This document shows, piece by piece, positions 10,621-21,702 of a stretch of DNA of 64,000 bases (position 1 is its first letter; each line of letters starts with the position of its first letter). Location of the stretch: NCBI GenBank assembly GCA_050916045.1, contig CP051526.1, positions 480,001 to 544,000 on the forward strand, read 5' to 3'. The position numbers and the translations under genes are program-made. Under the pieces are notes generated by a model, which had not been told where the DNA came from, ran no database searches, and saw only the letters and a program-made list of their open reading frames with translations. The stretch is from Tepidisphaera sp. (lineage in GTDB: Bacteria > Planctomycetota > Phycisphaerae > Phycisphaerales > UBA1924).

Positions 10621-11670
10621 TCAGTTCGTCATCGTGCTGCCCGGGCGGTAGGTCCAGGTGGCGGTGCCGGCGTAGTTCGACCAGCGGGTCATGTCGCGGA
10701 GTTCATCGATCTTGATGGACTCGACGTGGTTATCCATCATCGCGATGGTGACCTGCTCGAAGTACCGGGCATCCACCATGCCCCAGTCGCGAGCGACCGA
10801 GCGAGCGTTCCACTTGTCGGAAGCGACCCAGGCCGGGCCGGAGGCGGACCCGCCGCCACGCTGGCCGTTGGGGAACGCCCGGGGCGGGAGAACCTCGAAA
10901 TAGCCGGGGACCTTCTCGGTGGTTGCGCTGTCGGGCGGGGGGTTCGCGCCCCAGCCGGTTGCGCCCATGTTGCCTGCGACGTTGCCGATGTCGGCACCGC
11001 GCGAGCTGCAGAACAGCATGAGGCGGTTGGGCCGGGTCACCTCGTCGATGCGGCCGACGAAGAACTTGCCACCCAGGTTCAGCGGCATCGGGCCCGCCGA
11101 GGTCGCCGTCGCGTTGGGGTACGCACCCCGAAGATAATTGCCGCCGACGTACACCGAGTTCATGCCGAAGGTCGGATGGATGCCCATCGCCATCTGGTAC
11201 GAGTTGTTGTTGTCGTAGTTGTTGAAGCGGGAGTCGCTCTGGCCGTCGGGGGACTTCGTCCGCTCGTGGAACTTGGCGAACGTCGCGGGGTCGATCTGCA
11301 TCGCCTTGCCGAGGATGCCGTATTGCGCCAGACGCCACGTCCAGATCTTCGTCAGGCCGCCGCCCATGATCTTGCCCCGGTCCGTCTCATCGCCGGGAAG
11401 CGTGCGGACCTGGATGTTCTGGTACCCGTTGGCCGAGTGGGCCGCCCAGGCCCACGGGATGTACGAGGGCATGAACGACTCTTTGTTGCTCGCCGTGTAC
11501 AGCGCGTTCGCGGTGCCGTACTCGCGGGCGGCCGCTTTCTCGCGGAGCTGGCGGGCCAGCATGCGCGCCTTCGACAGCGCCGGGAGGAGAAGGCCGATCA
11601 GGAGCGCGATGATCGCGATCACGACCAACAGTTCGATCAAGGTAAAGGCGCGGCGGTCGGACATCTTCAT
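10621..11670 (-). CDS. Prepilin-type DUF1559-like protein
   Basis: [38 protein letters not shown]; degenerate C-terminal motif [12 protein letters not shown]. Confidence 0.88.
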   Translation of the reverse strand: MKMSDRRAFTLIELLVVIAIIALLIGLLLPALSKARMLARQLREKAAAREYGTANALYTASNKESFMPSYIPWAWAAHSANGYQNIQVRTLPGDETDRGKIMGGGLTKIWTWRLAQYGILGKAMQIDPATFAKFHERTKSPDGQSDSRFNNYDNNNSYQMAMGIHPTFGMNSVYVGGNYLRGAYPNATATSAGPMPLNLGGKFFVGRIDEVTRPNRLMLFCSSRGADIGNVAGNMGATGWGANPPPDSATTEKVPGYFEVLPPRAFPNGQRGGGSASGPAWVASDKWNARSVARDWGMVDARYFEQVTIAMMDNHVESIKIDELRDMTRWSNYAGTATWTYRPGSTMTN

Positions 11671-12031
11671 CGCGAATCTCCATCGATACCCGAGCCGGTG
11701 ATGCAGGAATGCACTCCGGCTCTCTACAAACCCCGGAACCGATCGATCAGAACGATCGACCCGAACGATCACAGCAAACCAATCCCGGTCACCAATCCGT
11801 ACCGGTCCCTCGTCGCTGTCGGCCCACGAGCATCCAGTCTAACAGGTCGTTCGGATTTGGGCAACCATATTTCAACACAACCAACCCAAAATCCTTTCAG
11901 GTACCAAACAAATCAGACGAGCTCCCTCGCATCATCGTCCTGCGGGCGACCCGTGATACCCTCCGCCTCCGCCAAAGGTGGCGAAAAGCGGGGTGGGAAA
12001 CGGTCGGTCGGGTGGGCACGGGAGGTTTGGC

Positions 12032-13504
<1,473 letters not shown>

Positions 13505-13577
13505 AGGCGGGATCGAACGCAGAGGTCGCGGAGGAGCGCGGAGAAAAGCAGAGAAAGCTGGAGATCGCTCCGCGCGG

Positions 13578-13596
13578 CACGGGCATCCTGCCCGTG
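13578..13596. repeat. Short palindromic REP-like element
   Basis: CACGGGCA-TCC-TGCCCGTG perfect 8-bp stem. Confidence 0.5.
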
Positions 13597-13625
13597 GATG
13601 GGCGCCGGAATCGCACGGAACCGCC

Positions 13626-13822
13626 AAGTCCCCCCATCCCCCACAACCCCCAACGCCGGGCCCACGGCCCTTATGGCCATGCCATCGGCGGCTTTCGCCG
13701 ATCGCATGCGATCATCCGTCGAGGCATCGGCAACGACCGCCGTTGACTCGGCGGGTGGGAGTGTGGGTTCGGCGTTGGGGGATGTGGGTTCGGCCCTGGG
13801 GGATGTGGGGGTGTCGGGACTT
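13626..13822. repeat. Long imperfect inverted repeat whose right arm contains ~21-nt tandem units
   Basis: CCCACAACCCCCAACGCCGGGCCCAC (ends 13665) pairs with GTGGGTTCGGCGTTGGGGGATGTGGG (from 13763); outer AAGTCCC pairs with GGGACTT; the unit GTGGGTTCGGCnnTGGGGGAT is repeated. Confidence 0.65.
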
Positions 13823-13948
13823 CTCGGACGCCCATTTCTTTCCCCGGAAGGAGCCTTTGTTCTGCACCCGCACGCGCGGACGCGCCGATCTTGAACGGGC
13901 GCGAATGACGAGTCTGTCCCCCGCGCCCCCACCCGTCCGGAGCTCTTT

Positions 13949-14656
13949 ATGCCGGTGCTGCCCGATGCCGATGCCAAGCTGATCCAGTTCTGCGAGCTGC
14001 GCGCGGCCGTCTGGGCCGATCCCGAGCCTCCCATCGCCATCGGCGTGACGCCCGCGCAGGCCCAGACGCTCGCCGCCAAAGCCAAGGCCGCCTGCGAGGC
14101 GTACGAGGCCGCCCGCATCGCCCGCGACGCCGCCAAGGCCGCGACGCTTCTGCTCAACGACGCGCTCGGAACGCTGCGGGAAGAGGCCGCGCCGCTGGTC
14201 GCGTCGGTCAAGGTCGCCGCCGCGCGGAACCGCGAGGTCTACGCCGCCGCCCGCATCGACCCCCCGCGAGCGCGCTCACCCCTGCCCCCGCCCCCCACGC
14301 CCACCGATATCTCCGCCCGGCCCGATGGTGCGGGCGGCGTCACGGTGCGCTTTGTCGCCCCGCGATCCGCCCCGACGAGCGGGGCTTCGTTCAGGATCAT
14401 GCGGTCGGTCCGCACGGCGGATGGCCGCAGCACCGATATGGTCGAGATCGGCGGCGTGCAGACCGTGCGGAGCATCGGGACCTTCGTGGATGCCCACCCC
14501 CACATCCCCCAAGGCGCGGTGTCGGCGGTGTACATGGTCATCGGCCGCAGGGGCGGGCGCGAAAGCGACCCGAGCAACGCGGTGTCGGTGGTGTTGGGGG
14601 CTGGCGGAGTGGGGGCGGTGGGGGTGGGGGAGGTTCGGAGGAAGGCCGCCGCGTGA
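13949..14656 (+). CDS. Hypothetical protein: helical N-terminus, Pro-rich linker, FN3/Ig-like C-terminal region
   Basis: GGAG upstream; Ala-rich helical region, PLPPPPTPT linker, beta-rich tail ending ..ESDPSNAVSV. Confidence 0.7.
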   Translation: MPVLPDADAKLIQFCELRAAVWADPEPPIAIGVTPAQAQTLAAKAKAACEAYEAARIARDAAKAATLLLNDALGTLREEAAPLVASVKVAAARNREVYAAARIDPPRARSPLPPPPTPTDISARPDGAGGVTVRFVAPRSAPTSGASFRIMRSVRTADGRSTDMVEIGGVQTVRSIGTFVDAHPHIPQGAVSAVYMVIGRRGGRESDPSNAVSVVLGAGGVGAVGVGEVRRKAAA

Positions 14657-14695
14657 GGCCGGGTGCACAGGGCCCGATGCCTCTAGACTGCCTTC

Positions 14696-15823
14696 ATGTC
14701 CAGCCTCACCATCCACGAACCCGGCAAGCTCGCGAGCGATCAGCGGGCCGTGTTCGAGCGGCTCAAGGCGATCCTCTCCGGGCCCGAGGCGGACAAGCGG
14801 TACAACGCGATCCCCGAATCGCGCAAGGGCAAGCTCATCAGCGTCGATGTGGCCCGGCTTGTCTCGCCGGAGTTCCAGACGTGGGACGCCAAGGTGCGGC
14901 ACACGCCTTCGACGGTGAACCCCGCTGGGGCGTACGCCCATGACCGGCTCTTGCGAGAACTCTCCAAGCCCCCCGCCAACAAGTCCGGGACCAAGCGCCT
15001 CGTCGTCACCGCGGGCGGGGCCGGGTCGGGGAAGACTTCGCTCCTGGCTTTAACGACGGACCCTGTGCAAGCCGACCTCATCTTCGACAACCAGCTCCGC
15101 GACTTCGCCCGGGCCAAGCAGATCCTCGAGACCGCCGCCAAGCATGGCTGGGAGACCGAGTTCTGGTACGTCCACCGCCCCTTCGCCGACACCGTGCGGG
15201 CCGTGATCGAGCGGAGCCAGCGGACGGGCCGGTGGAACATGCTCGCCGACCTCCCCCGCACGCACATCGAAGCCCAGGCGACGATCGTCCGCCTCCGACG
15301 CGAGTTCTACGAGACGCCCGGGATCAAGTTCCGCGCCCAGTACAACGCCTCTGCGGCGGCGGCCGGGTCGGCGTCTCAGCCCGCTTCCCATCCCAAGCGC
15401 GGCTCACGCGTCTTCTTCCGCGACCTCAAAGAAGGCGGCGTCTACCACCACAAGGATGAGAAAGCCATGCTCGCGATGATCCCGCCGATCCTCGCGAAAG
15501 CGATCAAGGACGGCCTCATCTGCGAGGAACTCGCCGCGATCATCGCGCCCCCAGCCGGGCCCGCCGCCTCTACCGCCGCCAAAGGCAAGCTCCCCCACGC
15601 CGCCAAGCCCAAACGCCGCCGCGGCCCCAAGCACCTCCCCGGCCACCTCGCCGGCCATCTCGCCAAAGCCGCCGCCGCCGGCGTCACGCCCGAAGAAGCC
15701 GAGTCCTTCCCCGCGTGGATGGAGAAACGCTTCGAGCGAGCGAAGAAGTCCTCCCAAAAGCTCGCGAAAGCCCGCGGCGACACGCTCAAAGTCGTCAAGG
15801 GCGTGGACATGAAGGGCGTCTAG
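14696..15823 (+). CDS. Zeta-toxin-like P-loop kinase
   Basis: Walker A in VVTAGGAGSGKTS; LIFDNQL Walker-B-like strand; YVHRP..VRAVIERSQRTGR lid region typical of the zeta/PezT family. Confidence 0.7.
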   Translation: MSSLTIHEPGKLASDQRAVFERLKAILSGPEADKRYNAIPESRKGKLISVDVARLVSPEFQTWDAKVRHTPSTVNPAGAYAHDRLLRELSKPPANKSGTKRLVVTAGGAGSGKTSLLALTTDPVQADLIFDNQLRDFARAKQILETAAKHGWETEFWYVHRPFADTVRAVIERSQRTGRWNMLADLPRTHIEAQATIVRLRREFYETPGIKFRAQYNASAAAAGSASQPASHPKRGSRVFFRDLKEGGVYHHKDEKAMLAMIPPILAKAIKDGLICEELAAIIAPPAGPAASTAAKGKLPHAAKPKRRRGPKHLPGHLAGHLAKAAAAGVTPEEAESFPAWMEKRFERAKKSSQKLAKARGDTLKVVKGVDMKGV

Positions 15824-16209
15824 CACACCCCGCAGATGAGCCCCGCCGCCGCCACCGACATCGCACTGAGCACGAACCACGCGACCACCATCGGCGAGCG
15901 TTCCTCATCGCCCACGATCATCGAGCCCATCGGCTTCTCGAACCGGTACCACACGCCGAAGAGGCCATCCTCTTGCCATCCCAGCACGATTCGCGAGACG
16001 GTGTACGAGCCGGCGACGAGGACGGCGTAGGTCAGGACCAAGGTCGAGCCCGACGATGACGTGTTCGCGAGCGCGATCAGCCCGACAAGAATCGATACGC
16101 CGACGACAAACGCTGCGGCTGCGAGGAGCGGGGTGTCCCACGTCGGCGGCGGCTTGCGATCCCCCGAAGGCCCGTCGTACTTCATCAGCATTCGTCCGCC
16201 GAGGGCCAT
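15820..16209 (-). CDS. Small membrane protein (about 3 TM), start uncertain
   Basis: Three hydrophobic segments; stop overlaps the convergent upstream gene's stop. Confidence 0.55.
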   Translation of the reverse strand: MALGGRMLMKYDGPSGDRKPPPTWDTPLLAAAAFVVGVSILVGLIALANTSSSGSTLVLTYAVLVAGSYTVSRIVLGWQEDGLFGVWYRFEKPMGSMIVGDEERSPMVVAWFVLSAMSVAAAGLICGVC

Positions 16210-16326
16210 AACCCAAGCATACGGGCGGGCTCTCTCAGAATGAATCGACGGCCATCGGCCGATTGGAGGCAGATCCCTCGTATGAAAGGGGCGAGCCTCG
16301 CCTCAGAGCCGGCTTGGTTTGCTCGA

Positions 16327-16391
16327 TCCAGTCCCCAATCCAGTCCCCAATCAAGCCCCCACCCAAGCCCCCACCCAAGCCCCCACCCAAG
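16327..16391 (+). repeat. Degenerate 12-bp tandem repeat (about 5.4 units) immediately before an RBS
   Basis: TCCAGTCCCCAA x2, TCAAGCCCCCAC, CCAAGCCCCCAC x2, CCAAG. Confidence 0.8.
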
Positions 16392-16402
16392 AGAGGGTCT
16401 CT

Positions 16403-17803
16403 ATGTTCGTACGTCCCATCGTGAAAGCGTTGGCAGTTGTTCTCGCGTGCGCATCAAACACGACCGCCCAGCCCGTCGCCTCCCCGAGCCCGGCCGTTCT
16501 GCCTGTCACCCCCACCCCCACCCCCACCCCAGCTCCAGACTTCCGTTTCGAGTTCATCGATGTCGAACGAGCGATCCCGCTCGCAGCCGGTTCGACCGTG
16601 CTCGATACGCGCCCGCTCGCCAAGTACCTCGCGGGGCACATCCCTGGCGCGATCCGCCTCAGCGACGAGGCTGTGCGAGAGGCCGCGGGCTCGCTGCCCA
16701 CGGCGATGCTCCCGTCGGATCGCCTCGCCGAGCTCTTCGGCCGCCTCGGTGTGGTTGATGACAAGCCCGCCCTCGTCTACAGCGACCACGAGGACCCGCT
16801 CGCCGCGACCTTGGTCGCCTACGCCCTGCTGAAAGCCGGGCACTCGCACGTCCGCGTGCTTGACGGCGGCTTCACCGCGTGGCAGGGTTCGGGCCCGACG
16901 ACGCAGGACTTTACGACCGTCACACCCAGGCTTTGGACACGAAGCCCGAACACCACGCTCGCCGCAACCCTCGACGATGTCCGCGAGGCCCTTCGTACCG
17001 AGGAAGTGGCATTGATCGATGCCAGGCCGCCCAAGTCCTACCGCGGCGAGGGCAGAGCGTGGAAACGCAACGGGCACATCCCCGGCGCGACCAACCTCGA
17101 CTGGCACACGCTTGTGAACGCGGACAACGAGAGCCTGATGAAGGCGCCCGCCGCGATCCGCGACATCATCAAAGCGTCCAAGGCGAGCCCCGACGACCCC
17201 ACGATCGTCTACTGCGGCACCGGACGCGAGGCCACGCTGCTCTTTCTCACGCTCCGCACCGCCCCCGGTTGGCGCAACGTCCGCCTCTATGAAGGTTCGT
17301 GGACCGAGTACCAGTCGCACGCTGACCTTCCGGCAGAGATCGGCAGCGAGCCGGGCGTCGCGATTCACACCGACGGCACAGTCTCCACCAGCGGCCAGCC
17401 GAGCGAGCGGACCATCCGCATGCTCGCCGATCGCGGGACTCGCGTCATCGTCAATTGTCGCACGCCCGGCGAAACACGCGAGGTCGGCTTTGCCGAGCGA
17501 GCGATCGTCGAATCGGCCGGCATGAAGTATGTCGAGATCCCTCTGGGCGGTTCCGAAGGTTACAACACGCAGGACGTCGAGAAACTCCACGCCATCATCA
17601 CTCAGCACGGCGGGACAGCTGGTCTCCACCTTCACTGCGCGGGCGGACCCCGGGCCTCGACGCTCTGGGCGGCATACCTCGTCCGCTACGAAGGGCTCAC
17701 CGCGCCCGCCGCCATCGAACGCCTCCGAAAGGCGGGCATGCTTCGGGAGTCTTCGCTCGAAAGGCTCGTGGGCGAGACGCTCCTGCCCACCGCCTCACGG
17801 TGA
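16403..17803 (+). CDS. Exported tandem-rhodanese sulfurtransferase fused to a DUF442/PTP-like domain
   Basis: Signal-like N-terminus; DTR..Y.AGHIPGA, LDGGFTAW, GHIPGA, VYCGTGREA, LYEGSWTEY; C-terminal SGQP..VNCR and HCAGGPRA (CX5R). Confidence 0.85.
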   Translation: MFVRPIVKALAVVLACASNTTAQPVASPSPAVLPVTPTPTPTPAPDFRFEFIDVERAIPLAAGSTVLDTRPLAKYLAGHIPGAIRLSDEAVREAAGSLPTAMLPSDRLAELFGRLGVVDDKPALVYSDHEDPLAATLVAYALLKAGHSHVRVLDGGFTAWQGSGPTTQDFTTVTPRLWTRSPNTTLAATLDDVREALRTEEVALIDARPPKSYRGEGRAWKRNGHIPGATNLDWHTLVNADNESLMKAPAAIRDIIKASKASPDDPTIVYCGTGREATLLFLTLRTAPGWRNVRLYEGSWTEYQSHADLPAEIGSEPGVAIHTDGTVSTSGQPSERTIRMLADRGTRVIVNCRTPGETREVGFAERAIVESAGMKYVEIPLGGSEGYNTQDVEKLHAIITQHGGTAGLHLHCAGGPRASTLWAAYLVRYEGLTAPAAIERLRKAGMLRESSLERLVGETLLPTASR

Positions 17804-17819
17804 TTGGAGGGGCCGCGGA

Positions 17820-19160
17820 TCATTTCCCGACGCAGAACGTCGAGAAGACCCGTCCCAGCACCTCGTCCGGCGAGATGTGCCCCGTCACTTCCCCAAGTTG
17901 GTCGAGCGCGAGGCGAAGCTGGCTCGCCACGACCTCCGGCTCTTCAAGCGTGCGGGCTTGAGCATCGATCGCATCCACCGCCACTCCGACCGACAAAGCC
18001 GTCGCCGACAGCGCCCGCCGGTGCCGCGGCACGACGACAAGCACCTGATCCAACGCCCCCGACCCGCGCCACGCCGCCGCGGCGATCCGCCGCTTGAGCT
18101 CATCGAGGTTCCACCCGTCCAGGGCGCACACCGGCAGCGAGTCGCCCGCGGGCCCGGCCCGGCCCGAGTCCGCTTTCGTCCGCACGCGGATCACGGTCGG
18201 AGCCGCACCCGCGATGGGCTCGAACACGCCGCTCGGGTCGCAGTACACAATGGCGCTCGCTTCCGCGATCGCCCGACGCGCGGCCGCCTGCGCCGCTTCG
18301 TCGATCGCCCCGGAAGCCAGTTCATCCAGCCCGGCGAGGTCGACAAGCTCTACCTCGCCCGCGCCGGGCACGTGCCTCGAGAGATCCAGCTTCTCCGCGA
18401 GCACGTCCCGCGTCGTCCCCGCCACCGCCGACACCACCGCCCGCTTGCGGCCGAGTAGAGCGTTGAAAAGCGTCGACTTGCCGGCATTGGGCACCCCCGT
18501 AAGGACGACGCGCGGCCGCTCATCGCTCGATTCCGCCGCCGAAGCACCGAGATGTCCGCCGATCGCGTCTTTCAGAGCGATCAGCCGCTTCGCAAGCGCG
18601 AGCGGAGCGATCGGCACCACGTCTTCCTGATCCGTGAAGTCGATCCCCGCTTCGACCAGCGCCAGCAGCGTCGCCAGTTCCTCCGCCCACCGGCGGTACG
18701 CCTGCCCGCTTCGTCCTTCGAGCAGCGACCGGGCCGAGTCGAGCTGTCCCCGCGTCTGCGCCGCGATCGTCGCCGCGACGCCTTCCGCTTCGTCGAGGCT
18801 GAGCTTCCCGCTCAGGTACGCCCGCGCCGAGAACTCGCCCGGTTCCGCTTGACGCACGCCCGGAAGGGCGACCAGAGTATCCACCAGCCGCGTCACGAGA
18901 GCAGGATTCCCCGGGCACTGGATCTCCGCGCAATCCTCACGGGTGTACGACCGCGGCGCGGGCATGCGGACCACGAGCACGGGGCAGACCAAAGCGCCGA
19001 TGAGCACGCGCGACGCGAACGCCCCGCGCACCTCGGGGACCCCGGGCTTGCAGAGCGCGTCGAGCGCGGCTTGCACGCTCGGCCCGGACATGCGGATGAT
19101 TGCGCGCGGCGAGCGTCCCGGCCCGGTCGCGCACGCCACGATGGTGTCGCCCATCCGCAT
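17820..19160 (-). CDS. mnmE: tRNA modification GTPase MnmE
   Basis: DTIVACAT, PRSYTRED, AEPGEFSARAYLSGK, GVPNAGKSTL, GTTRD, C-terminal FSTFCVGK. Confidence 0.95.
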   Translation of the reverse strand: MRMGDTIVACATGPGRSPRAIIRMSGPSVQAALDALCKPGVPEVRGAFASRVLIGALVCPVLVVRMPAPRSYTREDCAEIQCPGNPALVTRLVDTLVALPGVRQAEPGEFSARAYLSGKLSLDEAEGVAATIAAQTRGQLDSARSLLEGRSGQAYRRWAEELATLLALVEAGIDFTDQEDVVPIAPLALAKRLIALKDAIGGHLGASAAESSDERPRVVLTGVPNAGKSTLFNALLGRKRAVVSAVAGTTRDVLAEKLDLSRHVPGAGEVELVDLAGLDELASGAIDEAAQAAARRAIAEASAIVYCDPSGVFEPIAGAAPTVIRVRTKADSGRAGPAGDSLPVCALDGWNLDELKRRIAAAAWRGSGALDQVLVVVPRHRRALSATALSVGVAVDAIDAQARTLEEPEVVASQLRLALDQLGEVTGHISPDEVLGRVFSTFCVGK

Positions 19161-19181
19161 CGCGACCTCACGTCCCGGCGA

Positions 19182-21494
19182 TCACCGCTTGTTGCGGAAC
19201 CGGTCCTGCGGCCCGTTCTTGGGCTTGCCGCCGCCGGCCTGCTTGCGGGCCGCTTCTTCCTGCTTCTGCTTGGCGAGAGCGGCGCGTTCCTGGAGGTTGG
19301 ACCACCAGTTCGCCATCGCTCCGCCGCCTTTGGCTTTGCGTTCCTCTCGCATCTTGTCGACGTTCAGCAGGTCGTGCTTGTCGATGTGGCGCTTGATCCA
19401 CTTGCTCTCCATGATGCCAAGCACGGAGTTGGTGAAGAAGTAGAGCGTCAGCCCGCTGGGCGCGTTGTACATCATCAGCGGGAACAGGAACACGGTCATC
19501 CACTTCATCATCTTCATCTGAAGCTCCTGCTCCGGCGTCGTCGTCGCCGACGGAGGAGGGCTCATGTACTTCTGCTGAATGTAGAAAAGCACGCCCATCA
19601 GCAGCGGCAGGATGTTGAACGACGAGATCTCGCCCATCATCGGCGCCGTGAAAAGCGTCTTGTGGAAGTAGATCAGCCGGTCCGGCTCGGCCAGATCGCC
19701 CAGGAACCAGAACGGGAAGCTCCCGTCCGGCGAACCCATCTTCTGGAACACGCCGAAGAACGCCGACTGGTGCCGGATCTCGATCGCAAAGAAGAGCATC
19801 GCCGAGAGCGCGATCCAGATCGGCGTCTGCAGGAACATCGGCAGGCACCCCAGCATGCCCGCGGGGTTGATCCCCTCCTCGCGCCAAAGCCGGGCCGTCT
19901 CCTCCTGCTGCTTCTTCGGGTCGTCCGCGAACTTCTCCTTGATCTGCTGCATCTTGGGAGCGATGCTCTGCATCTGCTTCCCGAACCGCTGCACGCGGAT
20001 CTGCGACCACTTCGTCACCGGGTGAAGCGTCGTGCGCACGATCACCACCAGAAGCATGATCGCCAGCGCCCAGTCACGCGTCACGTAATCGTGAAGCACG
20101 ATCAAGAGCTTGAGCAGCGGCTCCGTCAGCCACGCGAACGTGCAGCACCCGCACATCCCGCCGAAGTTGAAGAGCACCACTTGGTCCACGCCCGTCGCCG
20201 TCGCCAACGGGTCCCGACGGATCACCTGCGCCGACTGCGGCCCCACGAACAACGCTTGCGAAGCGTCCAGCGTCCCGCCCGCCCCGATCGTCTCCCCACG
20301 GTCGTTCAGGCGAAGCGCCGAAAGCCAGGACCCGTTCACGCCGTCGCGAACGATCCGGTCCACCATCTCGATCCGAGGCATCGCCAACGCACGAATCGTG
20401 CCCGCCGGCGGATTCAGATTCACAAGCGGCGTCGCGATCGCCGCGAAGTACCGGTTCGTCGAACCGGTCCACACCAGCTCGTACCCGCGCTTCGCCGTCG
20501 TTTCGTTCGGCCACAGCTTCATGTCCGCCGCAGGGCGACCCATCGCGTCCAGAGGCCCCATGAACGTCGCGTGATCAAGCACCACCGCCGAATCGCTGCC
20601 CAGCACCAGCTGGCGCGAGGGATCGGACTTGGGATCCACCAGATAACCGAACCGAACGCGCCGCTTGTCCCCGCCGTACGTGATCTTGTCCGCCGGCATC
20701 TCCGACGGCCCAAGCTGAAACCAGCGGACCGTCAGCGGAGCGTCCGTCAGGTTCACGAGGTTCTGGTGGATGCGCACCGAGTAGCTGTCGGCCGGAAGCT
20801 CATACCGCCGCGTCACGCGGGCGACGTCCTTTCCGGTCTCCGTGTCGTAGATCACCGCTTGGAAGTTCCCCGCCGCCGGGCCCGACTTCCAGACGTCCGG
20901 CGAAAGCAGATCGACGTAGGTCCCGTTGATCAGAACGCCAAGCAGCGCCATCGGCGTCAGATTCCGCCCGCTCAGCATCTGCTGCTCGCGCTGAACCTCG
21001 ACGTTGGTCTTCTGGTCGATCTCGGTGAAGTACCGTGCAAGCGTGGCGGACTTGATCCCCGCGCCGTGGAGCGAGAACTCAAGCTTCACCAGATCTCCGC
21101 CCGCAGGATCAAGGCCTCCCAAAGCCGCGGGGTCCGCCGCTCCGACCGCGTCCGCTCGCGCCGCCAGCTTCAGCGCCTGCGCCTGAGCCCCAGGCGCCGC
21201 AGCGTTCGCTTGCGGATTCGAAGCGGGCGTCGAAGGTGCCGGCGTCGAAGTGGTTGGGGTCGAAGGTGCGGGCGTCGCACCCGCTGGCGTCGTCACGGGC
21301 TGGGCTTTGGGATCCTGCGATTCCACCGACGGCGTGCCGCCGGCAGCGGCCTGCGTCGGATTGTTCTTCGCGTCGAGAATCGCGGAATTCTGACGTCCCG
21401 TATTGCGGAGCACAGCGGTGAAAACGCCCGCCGCAAGGACCGCCGCGATGAGAATGACGCCCCAGCGAAGGGCTTTGTTCGGAGTCTCTGCCAT
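19182..21494 (-). CDS. yidC: Membrane protein insertase YidC
   Basis: N-terminal TM, large periplasmic domain, GCLPMFLQTPIW, WFLGDLAEPD, PSGLTLYFFTNS; adjacent to mnmE. Confidence 0.93.
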   Translation of the reverse strand: MAETPNKALRWGVILIAAVLAAGVFTAVLRNTGRQNSAILDAKNNPTQAAAGGTPSVESQDPKAQPVTTPAGATPAPSTPTTSTPAPSTPASNPQANAAAPGAQAQALKLAARADAVGAADPAALGGLDPAGGDLVKLEFSLHGAGIKSATLARYFTEIDQKTNVEVQREQQMLSGRNLTPMALLGVLINGTYVDLLSPDVWKSGPAAGNFQAVIYDTETGKDVARVTRRYELPADSYSVRIHQNLVNLTDAPLTVRWFQLGPSEMPADKITYGGDKRRVRFGYLVDPKSDPSRQLVLGSDSAVVLDHATFMGPLDAMGRPAADMKLWPNETTAKRGYELVWTGSTNRYFAAIATPLVNLNPPAGTIRALAMPRIEMVDRIVRDGVNGSWLSALRLNDRGETIGAGGTLDASQALFVGPQSAQVIRRDPLATATGVDQVVLFNFGGMCGCCTFAWLTEPLLKLLIVLHDYVTRDWALAIMLLVVIVRTTLHPVTKWSQIRVQRFGKQMQSIAPKMQQIKEKFADDPKKQQEETARLWREEGINPAGMLGCLPMFLQTPIWIALSAMLFFAIEIRHQSAFFGVFQKMGSPDGSFPFWFLGDLAEPDRLIYFHKTLFTAPMMGEISSFNILPLLMGVLFYIQQKYMSPPPSATTTPEQELQMKMMKWMTVFLFPLMMYNAPSGLTLYFFTNSVLGIMESKWIKRHIDKHDLLNVDKMREERKAKGGGAMANWWSNLQERAALAKQKQEEAARKQAGGGKPKNGPQDRFRNKR

Positions 21495-21702
21495 TGGAGG
21501 GGAGAGTAGGTCCGAGTGAGCACGGGCGTCCCGGTCGCGTACCGCCGCGGCCCGCGATTCACGCGGATCCATGCGAATCGCTCGCTCCTTCTCGCCGCTC
21601 GCGAACCCCGTCCCGCGTACCCCCGTACGTCGTCAAGCCCGAGCACGGGCCCCTGCCCAATTCACCTCAACCGCCCCCAAGCCAACCCCGGAGATCCGCG
21701 GC

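Noticed and set aside
11671..12031. AT-richer intergenic region as a riboswitch or T-box
   Set aside because: No recognisable consensus; more simply divergent promoters (an Rfam scan would settle it)
18552..21509. 985-aa plus-strand ORF
   Set aside because: Antisense to mnmE/yidC; Arg/His-rich shadow-ORF composition typical of high-GC DNA
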